Below are positions 39,561-47,891 of a stretch of 64,000 nucleotides of DNA, one piece after another. The stretch's first letter is position 1; every line of letters starts with the position of its first letter. The notes beneath the pieces were generated by a model, which searched no databases, was not told where the DNA came from, and saw nothing but the letters and a program-made list of their open reading frames with translations. The stretch comes from an uncultured Acidobacteriota bacterium (lineage in GTDB: Bacteria > Acidobacteriota > UBA6911 > RPQK01 > JAPXNP01), in NCBI GenBank assembly GCA_963777605.1, contig CAVZRV010000010.1, positions 192,001 to 256,000 on the forward strand, in the 5' to 3' direction. A program made the translations under genes and the position numbers.

Positions 39561-40466
39561 CTAGGCGCCGCGGCTCCGGAGCAGGACCAGGTGGCCGTCG
39601 AACTCGAACTTGAGCCCTTCCCCGCTCACCTCGAAATTCCCGACTTCCTGGCGCTCGATGCTCGTTGGCAGATTCAGCTCGGCGGCCTCACCCGCAGACG
39701 GGGGCAAATTCTCAACCTGGGATACCTTCGAGCCGTGCACGTTGAGGATCACCGGAGCCGGGAGGAGTCTCGAGATCAACAGGAATTCGAGTGTCGCATC
39801 AGACTCCAGGATCTTCCCGTCAGGATCTTCGGTGCCGTCAACCACGAGGACGAACTGGTTGTTGGGGCGAAATGTCGCGGAATCCGGGTTGACGACCTCC
39901 AGCTCAGGAACCGGGCCAGTCGATATCCCCGCAACAGCGACCGCGTAGACGAGAATTCCGACCGTTGCCGCTCCAGAGACTCCCAGTTTCCACCGTCTTG
40001 CCGGGCAGTGTCGGGCCGAGCGGTCTACGAATGCCATCAGCAACGGTGGCACGAGAAGAAAGAGATCCTGCCAGAATGCCTGGGTGGCGGTTCGCTGAAG
40101 GAATACTCCGAAACAGCCGCAGTCGTAAGAATCGTCCTGCTGACCGGTCACCACCATCCAGTAGGTGCGACCCGTCAGGAAAAGGAAGAAGAGCACGAGG
40201 CCGCTGCTCGGCACCAAAACCCAGAGGTTCCGGACGCCGAGCAACAGGGCAAAACCGAGCGCTGTTTCCAGGGCCAGCGCGATCAGGGCGACTGTGCTGG
40301 CAGACATCGCGATGTCCAGACCCTCTTTGCGAATCTGTTCGACGAAAAGAATTGGATCGATGACTTTGCCGATCGAAGCAATGATCAGCACAGCGCCCAG
40401 TATGAATGCACCTGCGAGGCTGATGATCTGGCGGTTGCGGCTTTCAGGAGGTCCACTCTGGTTCAT
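39561..40466 (-). CDS. MauE/DoxX-family membrane protein with a C-terminal soluble domain
   Basis: ASIGKVIDP, LALETALG, DCGCFG, WQDL; about 110 aa beta-rich tail. Confidence 0.82.
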   Translation of the reverse strand: MNQSGPPESRNRQIISLAGAFILGAVLIIASIGKVIDPILFVEQIRKEGLDIAMSASTVALIALALETALGFALLLGVRNLWVLVPSSGLVLFFLFLTGRTYWMVVTGQQDDSYDCGCFGVFLQRTATQAFWQDLFLLVPPLLMAFVDRSARHCPARRWKLGVSGAATVGILVYAVAVAGISTGPVPELEVVNPDSATFRPNNQFVLVVDGTEDPDGKILESDATLEFLLISRLLPAPVILNVHGSKVSQVENLPPSAGEAAELNLPTSIERQEVGNFEVSGEGLKFEFDGHLVLLRSRGA

Positions 40467-40672
40467 GATCTGAAGATGCTATCGCCTTGGCCGCCACGCT
40501 GCCAAGAGCAATTGGACGGTGAGTGTCCGATTGCGACACCTGCGCCTACCGAAACAGGGACCCGGACTTAAATGATTATCGTAGAGCGGTCCCAAAAGAG
40601 GCCGGAAGCCGTGGTTTCGACGAACGCTTGGAGAGGCTTCCTCTTCCGGGTAAAATTGCAGAGGATAAACTC

Positions 40673-41011
40673 ATGACGATTTTCAAAAAGATCCTCGATG
40701 GCGAGATTCCTGCCACCATCATCTACCAGGATGATCTCTGTATCGCGTTTCGCGACATCGATCCGCAAGCCCCCTCTCACGTTCTGGTGATTCCGCGCAA
40801 GGAGATCCCCTCTCTGGCCGACGCCAGTCCTGACGATCACCGCCTGCTGGGTCACCTGCTGATCAAGGCCGCAGAGGTTGCAGCATCTGAGGGCCTCGCG
40901 GAAAATGGCTATCGCGTCGTGATCAACGTCGGCAAGAACGGAGGCCAGGCCGTGGACCACTTACACCTTCACGTGCTTGGAGGCCGCCGGATGAAGTGGC
41001 CTCCCGGATAG
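40673..41011 (+). CDS. hinT: Histidine triad nucleotide-binding protein
   Basis: [42 protein letters not shown]. Confidence 0.95.
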   Translation: MTIFKKILDGEIPATIIYQDDLCIAFRDIDPQAPSHVLVIPRKEIPSLADASPDDHRLLGHLLIKAAEVAASEGLAENGYRVVINVGKNGGQAVDHLHLHVLGGRRMKWPPG

Positions 41012-41031
41012 ATTTGAGAAGGGAACCGAAA

Positions 41032-41295
41032 TTGGACAACGTTTCTGAAAAGAAGCCGAAGGTTATTAGTTCCGAGTTGCTGGAAATTCTGCGCTGCCCG
41101 GTGGCGGTTCGCTCCGAGGAGTACGGAGAGGATCCCGGGAGGCTCCGCCTGGTTCACGACTGCTGGCTCGTCTGCGACGACAACGGCTACAAGTACCCGA
41201 TCCGCGACGGCATCCCGGTAATGCTTGTCGAAGAGGGTGAGAAATGGCGAGAAGTCCCCGAAGACCAGCTTCCGGTCCCTCCACCTTCCGAGTGA
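41032..41295 (+). CDS. Trm112/YcaR-like small protein
   Basis: ELLEILRCP...LVC...YPIRDGIPVML. Confidence 0.85.
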   Translation: MDNVSEKKPKVISSELLEILRCPVAVRSEEYGEDPGRLRLVHDCWLVCDDNGYKYPIRDGIPVMLVEEGEKWREVPEDQLPVPPPSE

Positions 41296-41301
41296 CAATG
41301 A

Positions 41302-41823
41302 ATGGGCCAGCATAATCCCCACGAGGAGCACCGCCAGGCCGCTGCTTCGGAGTTCGACTCTGTTCGTCTCGCGGTGGTCACGGTAAGTGACACCCGTTCG
41401 CCTGAAAACGATCGCAGTGGAATGCTGCTGAAGGATTCCGCTGCGAGGGCCGGGCACCGGGTAGTGGATTACCGGGTTGTGCCGGACGAACCGAAGGCCA
41501 TCGAGAGTGTCCTGCGGGTCCTGCTCGACGGACCGGCCCATGCCGTCATCTTCAACGGCGGCACTGGAATCTCCCGTCGCGATCGGACCTTCGACGTTGT
41601 TTCCCGGCAGCTTGACCCGGTCATTTCGGGCTTCGGAGAACTCTTTCGTATGTTGAGCTACCAGGAAGTCGGTCCAGCCGCAATGCTCTCCCGGGCGATT
41701 GCCGGCATATGCCACGGGAAGATTGTCTTCTCCCTGCCCGGTTCACCCAACGCCGTCCGCCTCGCCTGGGAGAAGTTGATAGAGCCTGAACTGCGGCACC
41801 TGGTCCGCGAACTCCACCGCTGA
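41302..41823 (+). CDS. moaB: Molybdenum cofactor biosynthesis protein B (MogA/MoaB)
   Basis: [37 protein letters not shown]. Confidence 0.93.
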   Translation: MGQHNPHEEHRQAAASEFDSVRLAVVTVSDTRSPENDRSGMLLKDSAARAGHRVVDYRVVPDEPKAIESVLRVLLDGPAHAVIFNGGTGISRRDRTFDVVSRQLDPVISGFGELFRMLSYQEVGPAAMLSRAIAGICHGKIVFSLPGSPNAVRLAWEKLIEPELRHLVRELHR

Positions 41824-42024
41824 ATCGATCCTTCAGGAGTTTGCGGCGAACCGGGAGCAGAGCTCCGTTGACGGACTCCCTGGACCCGCGTAGAATCCGC
41901 CCATCGCGGGCTGTGGCGATCGGGATCTCACAGGCAGCTCGTACGTTGAACCGGGAGGGTCTGGATGCCCAATCCGCTCAAGCAAGTCATGAACATCCGC
42001 CGGAGTGAACCAGCCCAGTTCCTG

Positions 42025-43131
42025 ATGAAGCCTACGCGCCGCGAATTCCTCTCCTCCTCTGCAGCCTCCCTGGCCCTCGCCGGCCGCCTGACATCGACCC
42101 CGATCGAAAAGAGTTCCCGCCCCCTGCGGATTCTCATCCTGGGAGGAACCGGTTTCATCGGCCCTCATCAGGTCCGATATGCCACGGAAAGGGGACATCG
42201 GCTCACCCTTTTTAACCGCGGCAAGACCGATCCCGGCCTGTTTCCGGACATCGAGCAACTGCGGGGAGACCGCGATAACGACCTGGAGTCGCTCAAGGGA
42301 GGAACCTGGGATGCCGTCATCGACAACTCCGCAACGTTTCCTCGGTGGGTCCGCCAGTCTGCCCAGTTGCTCAAGGACTCAGTGGAGCTCTATCTTTTTG
42401 TCTCCTCGCTCTCTGTTTTCACCGACAACAGCATCGTCGGGCTCAACGAGTCCAGCCCAGTCGGCACGATCGAGGACCCGACCGTGGAGGAGATCACCGG
42501 AGAGACTTACGGTCCGCTGAAGGCCCTGTGCGAAAAGGAAGCTCAGTCGGCTTTTCCCGACCGGAGCATCGTGGTGCGTCCCGGGCTGATTGTGGGACCG
42601 GGTGATCGCTCCGACCGGTTCACCTACTGGCCGGTCCGGGTGGATCGGGGAGGCGAGGTCCTGGCTCCTGGAGAACCCACCGACCCCATTCAGATTGTCG
42701 ATGCCCGAGACCTCACGGCCTGGATGATTCACCTCATCGAACGCCGTGCGGTCGGCCTGTACAATGCGACCGGTCCGGAAGCCCCCATGTCCATGGCGGA
42801 GATGCTATACGGAATTCGCGCCGTCACCTCTGCCCGGATGGGGTTCACCTGGGTTCCAAACTCCTTTCTCGAAACCCATCAGGTACAGCCCTGGTCGGAC
42901 ATGCCGGTCTGGATACCGTACACCGACGAAATGAAAGGTTTCTCAACCATCGACTGCAGTCGTGCAATATCCGCCGGTCTGCGCTTCCGCCCTCTGGCTG
43001 AGACCGCCCGCGACACCCTGGAATGGTTCAAATCGCTGCCCGCCGAAAGGCAGTCCCAACTCAAAGCGGGTCTTAGTCCTGAACGGGAACGAGAGGTATT
43101 GGAGGCGTGGAGAAACCGAGCAAAGTCCTGA
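42025..43131 (+). CDS. Tat-exported NAD(P)-binding epimerase/reductase (extended SDR)
   Basis: Tat motif TRREFL; ILILGGTGFIG, FNRG, YGPLK, RPGLIVGPGD..DRFTYW. Confidence 0.88.
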   Translation: MKPTRREFLSSSAASLALAGRLTSTPIEKSSRPLRILILGGTGFIGPHQVRYATERGHRLTLFNRGKTDPGLFPDIEQLRGDRDNDLESLKGGTWDAVIDNSATFPRWVRQSAQLLKDSVELYLFVSSLSVFTDNSIVGLNESSPVGTIEDPTVEEITGETYGPLKALCEKEAQSAFPDRSIVVRPGLIVGPGDRSDRFTYWPVRVDRGGEVLAPGEPTDPIQIVDARDLTAWMIHLIERRAVGLYNATGPEAPMSMAEMLYGIRAVTSARMGFTWVPNSFLETHQVQPWSDMPVWIPYTDEMKGFSTIDCSRAISAGLRFRPLAETARDTLEWFKSLPAERQSQLKAGLSPEREREVLEAWRNRAKS

Positions 43132-44457
43132 GCCGAAGACTTCTTTCCCTGCTCAAGCTCAGTCCCGCCGAGGCTCGCCCGGTCCTCTGGTCGAGCGGGT
43201 ACCTTTTCTTCCTGCTCTCGAGTTACTACGTGCTGCGCCCGATTCGTGACGACGTGGCCGTGGCCAGCGGAATCGAAAATCTTCCCTGGCTGTTTACGGC
43301 GACCCTCGTGGCGACACTGATCTTCCACCCGTTCTTCACCACCCTGGTCAAACGGCTGCCGCGAGAGCGGTTCATCACGCTGACCTACCGCTTCTTTTCC
43401 CTGAACCTCTTCGTTTTCTTCCTGCTCTTCCGCTTCTCGGGGGGCAGCCTGAACATTTGGGTGGGGCGCTTCTTCTACGTCTGGACGAACGTCTTCAACC
43501 TTTTCTTAGTGTCCGTCTTCTGGGCCGGAATCGTGGATATCTTCGGCACCCAGGAAGGAAAGCGCGTCTTCGGGCTAATTGCGTTGGGCGGCACTCTCGG
43601 TGCGATCCTCGGATCGGGTATAACTACGGTACTGGCTTCAAAGATTGGCCCCCCCCAGCTGCTTCTCTTTTCGATTCTCCTGATCGAAGCGGCAATTCTG
43701 GCGATGCGCGCTCTGCACCGAACCGGACTGGTGCCGGAACCATTCTCCCCGGCCGTCTCCCTCGCCCCCCACGCGGGGCCCGCTTCTTTTTCGCGGTTCC
43801 TCTTCTCCCCGACCGGCGGAAGACAGCGGCCTGATTGGAGGCACGGTCTGGGCGGGATTGCGCAACGTGGCCAAAAGCCGGTTCCTGATCGGAATTGCGG
43901 CTTTCATGTTTCTCTACACCCTGACCGCATCATTTCTCTATTTCCAGCAAGCAGAGATCATGGGGTCACACTTTACTGATCGGGCCGCCCGCACCTCCGT
44001 ATTCGCATCCATCGATCTCGCCACCAACCTGGTGACGGTCGTCGGACAGCTCTTTCTCACCTCCCGGATCATCGGCTGGCTGGCCATTGGCGGAACCCTT
44101 GCGGTGCTGCCGGCTGTTTGCGTGGCGGGATTCTCCGTCCTGGGAACGATTCCTTCGGTAGCCTTCCTGATCGCCTTCCAGGTCGTCCGCCGAGCCGCCG
44201 ATTACACCCTCACCCGGCCCGCCAGGGAGACGCTCTACACGGTTCTCAACCGCGAAGACAAGTACAAATCCAAGAACTTTATCGACACGTTCGTCTACCG
44301 GTTCGGAGATCAGACCGGGGCCTGGGGCTATGCGGGCCTGGTCCTGATCGGCCTCGGGCTGCAGAAGATTGCCTGGGTGGCGGTTGGATTGTCGATTCTT
44401 TGGTTTGGAATCGCCCTCTGGCTCGGGCACAGGCAGGAAGAGGAGGCGGAGTCGTAG
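43107..44457 (+). pseudogene. NTP/NDP exchange (NTT/Npt1-like) MFS transporter split by a +1 frameshift near 43740-43810 (pseudogene or sequencing error)
   Basis: 5' frame: YYVLRPIRD, FYVWTNVFNLFLVSVFW, KRVFGLIALGGTLG; shifted frame continues IGGTVWAGL..VAKS.FL, FLYFQQ, RPARETLYTV..EDKYKSKNFIDTFVYRFGD. Confidence 0.85.
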
Positions 44458-44534
44458 AGAGGCGGACAACCGAGACCGCCAACCCGGTCCCGGTTGCCCC
44501 TGCTTAAGCAAATCCCGTTGGGATGATGCTGCGG

Positions 44535-45038
44535 CTACTGAGCAGCTGCAGCGCCACGTCCGGCGAGTTCCCGATCCATCATAAAGAGGCCGCTCGGAGA
44601 ATCACCGATCAACTTGAGCTTCTCGACGATCCGGCCAACCGAGTCTTCTTCTTCAACCTGCTCGGTCACGAACCACATGAGGAAGCCGTGGGTCGCGTGA
44701 TCGCTCTCCTTGTTTGCCAGTTCCACAAGCTTGTCAATGCGACCGGTGATCATCCTTTCGTGCTCCTCGGCAGCGATGAAACCATCCAGGGGAGATTTCC
44801 ACTCGGTCTGCGGGTCTTCGATCCGAGTGAGGATCACGCGCCCGCTGCGGCTGTTGATGTAGCCGTAGAATTTCATCGCGTGAATCACCTCTTCCTGCGC
44901 CTGCTGCTTCATCCAGTTGGCGAACCCTTCCAGGTTCTTCGATTCAAAGTAGGCGGCAAGCGAGAGATAGACATATGAGGATGCGAGTTCGGCATTCAGT
45001 TGCTCGTTGAGTGCTTTTTCAATCTTCTTGGTCAGCAT
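44535..45038 (-). CDS. ftnA: Non-heme ferritin
   Basis: LNEQLNAEL.SSYVY, QAQEEVIHAMK, EHERMIT, WFVTEQVEEE ferroxidase ligands. Confidence 0.95.
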   Translation of the reverse strand: MLTKKIEKALNEQLNAELASSYVYLSLAAYFESKNLEGFANWMKQQAQEEVIHAMKFYGYINSRSGRVILTRIEDPQTEWKSPLDGFIAAEEHERMITGRIDKLVELANKESDHATHGFLMWFVTEQVEEEDSVGRIVEKLKLIGDSPSGLFMMDRELAGRGAAAAQ

Positions 45039-45082
45039 AATCAATCCTTCCTCTTCATTTGAAAGCGAGTTCGCGTATCACT

Positions 45083-45111
45083 TCTAACACTTTAATTACT
45101 ACACTGTTAGA
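45083..45111. promoter_or_regulatory. Inverted repeat over the AT-rich ferritin promoter region (candidate operator)
   Basis: TCTAACA-N15(CTTTAATTACTACAC)-TGTTAGA, 45-73 nt upstream of the ferritin ATG. Confidence 0.5.
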
Positions 45112-45121
45112 GGGAAACTTC

Positions 45122-45271
45122 AACCCAAGTCGGGTTTTCACAGGAAACCTTGTTTCCACGGAAGCCTAGACGAGTCCAGGCTGCTTGTGGATTCCACCGG
45201 GCGACGGATTAAGAATGTTCACTTCCGCCGGGCAAGCTGCCCGGCCGCCAAACCAGGCAGGCCCTGCCTGG
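45122..45271. other. Array of six short-loop palindromes
   Basis: AACCC/GGGTT, GGAAAC/GTTTCC, AGCCT/AGGCT, GTGG/CCAC, GCCGGGCA/TGCCCGGC, CCAGGCAG/CTGCCTGG. Confidence 0.6.
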
Positions 45272-45279
45272 ATTACCCT

Positions 45280-45307
45280 CCAGGAACGAGAAACCAGGAA
45301 CCAGGAA
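45280..45307. repeat. Heptamer tandem repeat, 4 copies
   Basis: CCAGGAA CGAGAAA CCAGGAA CCAGGAA. Confidence 0.75.
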
Positions 45308-45549
45308 CTCATCTCAGTTGAAATTCCAGGTTAACCGCGGGAACTGCAGTCGCGCTCGTATCACCCGGTCCGCCGGAACTCGCGGCCACTGCCTCTACGG
45401 CCCGCCATACCCGTCTGAACGCCGCCATCGCTTCCCGGGAGGACGGTGGGCATCCGGATGATTATAATGGCCGTTGCAGCGGAATATCAGGGAATGCCGG
45501 GAGAGATATTGAACAGGTTCGTCGGCTATGACTGAGGAGGACTTTGGAG

Positions 45550-46530
45550 ATGGGAGAAGAACGATTCTTGGTAACCGGGGCAAGCGGCTGCATCGGGGCG
45601 TGGGTGCTCAAGGTTCTCCATGACGAAGGTGTCGAGGTAATCGCCAGCGACTTGAGCGACGACCTCTACCGGGTTCGTGCCCTGATTGGAGACGATGAGG
45701 TTGACAATCTCGCATACCGGCGCCTCGACATTCTCGATTCCGACACGCTCCACCGCATCATCGAGGAAGAATCGATCACTCACCTGATCCACCTGGCCGG
45801 CCTTCAGGTTCCGTTCTGCAAGGCCAATCCTTCGCTCGGAGCTCAGGTCAATGTGGTGGGGACGGTCAACGTTCTGGAAGCAAGGCGAAAATTCCAGAAC
45901 CAGATCCGGGGCCTCGCCTACGCGAGTTCGGTCGCGGTACTCGGACCGGCGACACTATACCCGGAAGAACCCCTGGGAGATCAGGTCGAGCTGGCTCCGG
46001 AGACTCTTTACGGGGTGTACAAGGTAGCCGATGAAATGGCCGCCCGCGTTTACTGGAACGACTGGAGAGTACCCAGTGTCGGACTGCGGCCTTACATCGT
46101 GTACGGTGCAGGCCGGGACCAGGGGTTGACCTCGGACCTCACCAAGGCCCTGTTAGCAGCCTGCGCGGGACTTCCGTTCACTGTGAAGTTCAGTGGGAAA
46201 GTGCTCGTTCACTATGCCCGTGACGTCGCCGAAGCATTCATAAGGGCAGCGCGGGCCGAATACAGCGGAGCAGCGGCCTGTAACCTGGGCGGCGCGGTAG
46301 TTTCCGTGGCGGAATTCCTGGAAGGGATTCGGGAAGTCGTGCAGGACACCCGAGTCGAGCACGACGCCGGGAACGTCCTGCCCTTCCCCTACCAATTGGA
46401 GGACGCCGGCCTCCGATCGATCATCGGCGAATATCCGCTCACCGAAACTCGCCGGGCAATCGAGGAGACCCGCATAATCTTTCAGCGGCTGCTCAAATCG
46501 AACCGCATCAACCTGAGGCAACTCGGATGA
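45550..46530 (+). CDS. NAD-dependent epimerase/dehydratase
   Basis: GAGGAGG SD; LVTGASGCIG, IHLAGLQVP, YGVYK, LRPYIVYG. Confidence 0.92.
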   Translation: MGEERFLVTGASGCIGAWVLKVLHDEGVEVIASDLSDDLYRVRALIGDDEVDNLAYRRLDILDSDTLHRIIEEESITHLIHLAGLQVPFCKANPSLGAQVNVVGTVNVLEARRKFQNQIRGLAYASSVAVLGPATLYPEEPLGDQVELAPETLYGVYKVADEMAARVYWNDWRVPSVGLRPYIVYGAGRDQGLTSDLTKALLAACAGLPFTVKFSGKVLVHYARDVAEAFIRAARAEYSGAAACNLGGAVVSVAEFLEGIREVVQDTRVEHDAGNVLPFPYQLEDAGLRSIIGEYPLTETRRAIEETRIIFQRLLKSNRINLRQLG

Positions 46531-46545
46531 GGCTGCCGGGTCGAG

Positions 46546-46698
46546 CTAAATCTTGCCCTCTTTGAAGATGACGTGCTTCCGGATAACCGGATCGTACTTC
46601 TTCAGCTCAAGCTTCTTGGTGGTATTGCGCTTGTTCTTGGTCGTCGTGTAGAAGACCCCAGTCTTCGCCGTCGACACCAGCTTAATCTTCTCTCTCAT
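46546..46698 (-). CDS. rpmG: 50S ribosomal protein L33, Cys-free type (not in the ORF track)
   Basis: Manual translation [50 protein letters not shown]; GGAGG SD; follows rpmB. Confidence 0.96.
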   Translation of the reverse strand: MREKIKLVSTAKTGVFYTTTKNKRNTTKKLELKKYDPVIRKHVIFKEGKI

Positions 46699-46707
46699 GA
46701 CGACCTC

Positions 46708-46950
46708 CTATCGAAGCACCTGCTCCAGCGTCAAACCTTCGTCACGCAGGAAACCGAGCAACCCTTTCTTGGTCACAGTCCGCAGCGCTCGGGTCGACAG
46801 CCGAATCCGCACCCATCGGTCCTCTTCAGCGACATAAATGCGCTTGGTCTGCAAATTGGGAAGCTGCCGTCTCTTCGTCCTTCTATTCGAATGGGACACG
46901 TTATTTCCGCTCAACGGTCCCTTTCCAGTCAACTGGCACTTGCGAGCCAT
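46708..46950 (-). CDS. rpmB: 50S ribosomal protein L28, long type without a Zn ribbon
   Basis: [41 protein letters not shown]. Confidence 0.96.
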   Translation of the reverse strand: MARKCQLTGKGPLSGNNVSHSNRRTKRRQLPNLQTKRIYVAEEDRWVRIRLSTRALRTVTKKGLLGFLRDEGLTLEQVLR

Positions 46951-46983
46951 GAGTGTCCTCCTTCGTCTTCGTGAAAGTCACAA

Positions 46984-47013
46984 AGTATACAAAATCCAAT
47001 GGCTTTCCTGCAA
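46984..47013 (-). promoter_or_regulatory. Sigma70-type promoter of rpmB-rpmG
   Basis: Minus strand TTGCAG-18 nt-TATACT, followed by an AAGGAGG SD. Confidence 0.55.
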
Positions 47014-47021
47014 ACCGGCTT

Positions 47022-47891
47022 TCAAGCCCGCAACACTGCATCCGCCACGCAGATCGCGCCCCACCCGATCAGACCGCCGACAATAATATCGAGCACGAAG
47101 TGGTAGCGTCCGTATACCGATCCGAGCCACATCGTCAGAACAAGAATCAGGGCGCCAATTCCGGCATCGGGACCCCAGATTCGCCAGCACCAGACTAGAA
47201 AGACGACCGCCGTAGAACTGTGACTGCTTGGCATTGCGCCGCCCTTTAGCGCAGGTCCTCCAAACATCACTCGGTTGGTGAACTCCGTAATCGCAAAACC
47301 CTGCATCCTCTGTTCCCCCGGGCTGACGAGACCCTCTTCCACGAGTGCCCACCGGGGACCGTGGGCAGGAACCACGGCAAACAGGAGATAGGACACGAGG
47401 TATCCCAGCATTACCGCGAACGTCATTGCCTGAAAACGGAAGATCTGTCCGCTCAAGTCGAGATAGAGGCCCAGGGCAGGTGTGTAAAAGAAGTAACTGT
47501 TGTATCCCAAATGAAGGAACTCACACAGGTACCGGTTCCCCGAGCGGGCCCAGTGAAGACTTGGCTGCCCGATCTTGTCCTCCAACTCGATGAGGAAGCG
47601 ATCGATTGTCTTGCCGGGCGGATAGATCGCATGGAGGATCTTCCGGGTCCAGAGGTAAGCCCACCAGAAGAAGACCACTGGTCCCCACAAGAGCAGCACT
47701 CGCTTCAGGCCGTGCGGCTCGACCAACGTCTGAGCCGCGGCAACAACAGCGAACAGAAGAGCGACCACCAGCGCTCCGTTGACGGCGAGGATCCGTATCT
47801 TCCAACCCCGCCTTTTCCGCCTTGCGAAAATGACCAGGAGGCTGTGCAGGATCAGAAAGATTACCGGTAGAACAGCCGGAAGGGGGCTCAT
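47022..47891 (-). CDS. PAP2-superfamily membrane phosphatase/phosphotransferase (AUR1/PAP2_3-like)
   Basis: PAHGPRW, AMPSSH, YGRYHFVLDIIVG; multiple TM helices; ATGA overlap with the ATL stop. Confidence 0.85.
   Translation of the reverse strand: MSPLPAVLPVIFLILHSLLVIFARRKRRGWKIRILAVNGALVVALLFAVVAAAQTLVEPHGLKRVLLLWGPVVFFWWAYLWTRKILHAIYPPGKTIDRFLIELEDKIGQPSLHWARSGNRYLCEFLHLGYNSYFFYTPALGLYLDLSGQIFRFQAMTFAVMLGYLVSYLLFAVVPAHGPRWALVEEGLVSPGEQRMQGFAITEFTNRVMFGGPALKGGAMPSSHSSTAVVFLVWCWRIWGPDAGIGALILVLTMWLGSVYGRYHFVLDIIVGGLIGWGAICVADAVLRA

Noticed and set aside
45122-45307. CRISPR array or tRNA in the palindrome-rich gap
   Set aside because: The palindromes differ in sequence, there is no repeat-spacer periodicity, no cloverleaf or TTC T-loop, and no cas genes
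45395-45583. 62 aa minus-strand ORF in the ferritin/epimerase gap
   Set aside because: No SD or motif, and it overlaps the epimerase start and its likely TATAAT promoter
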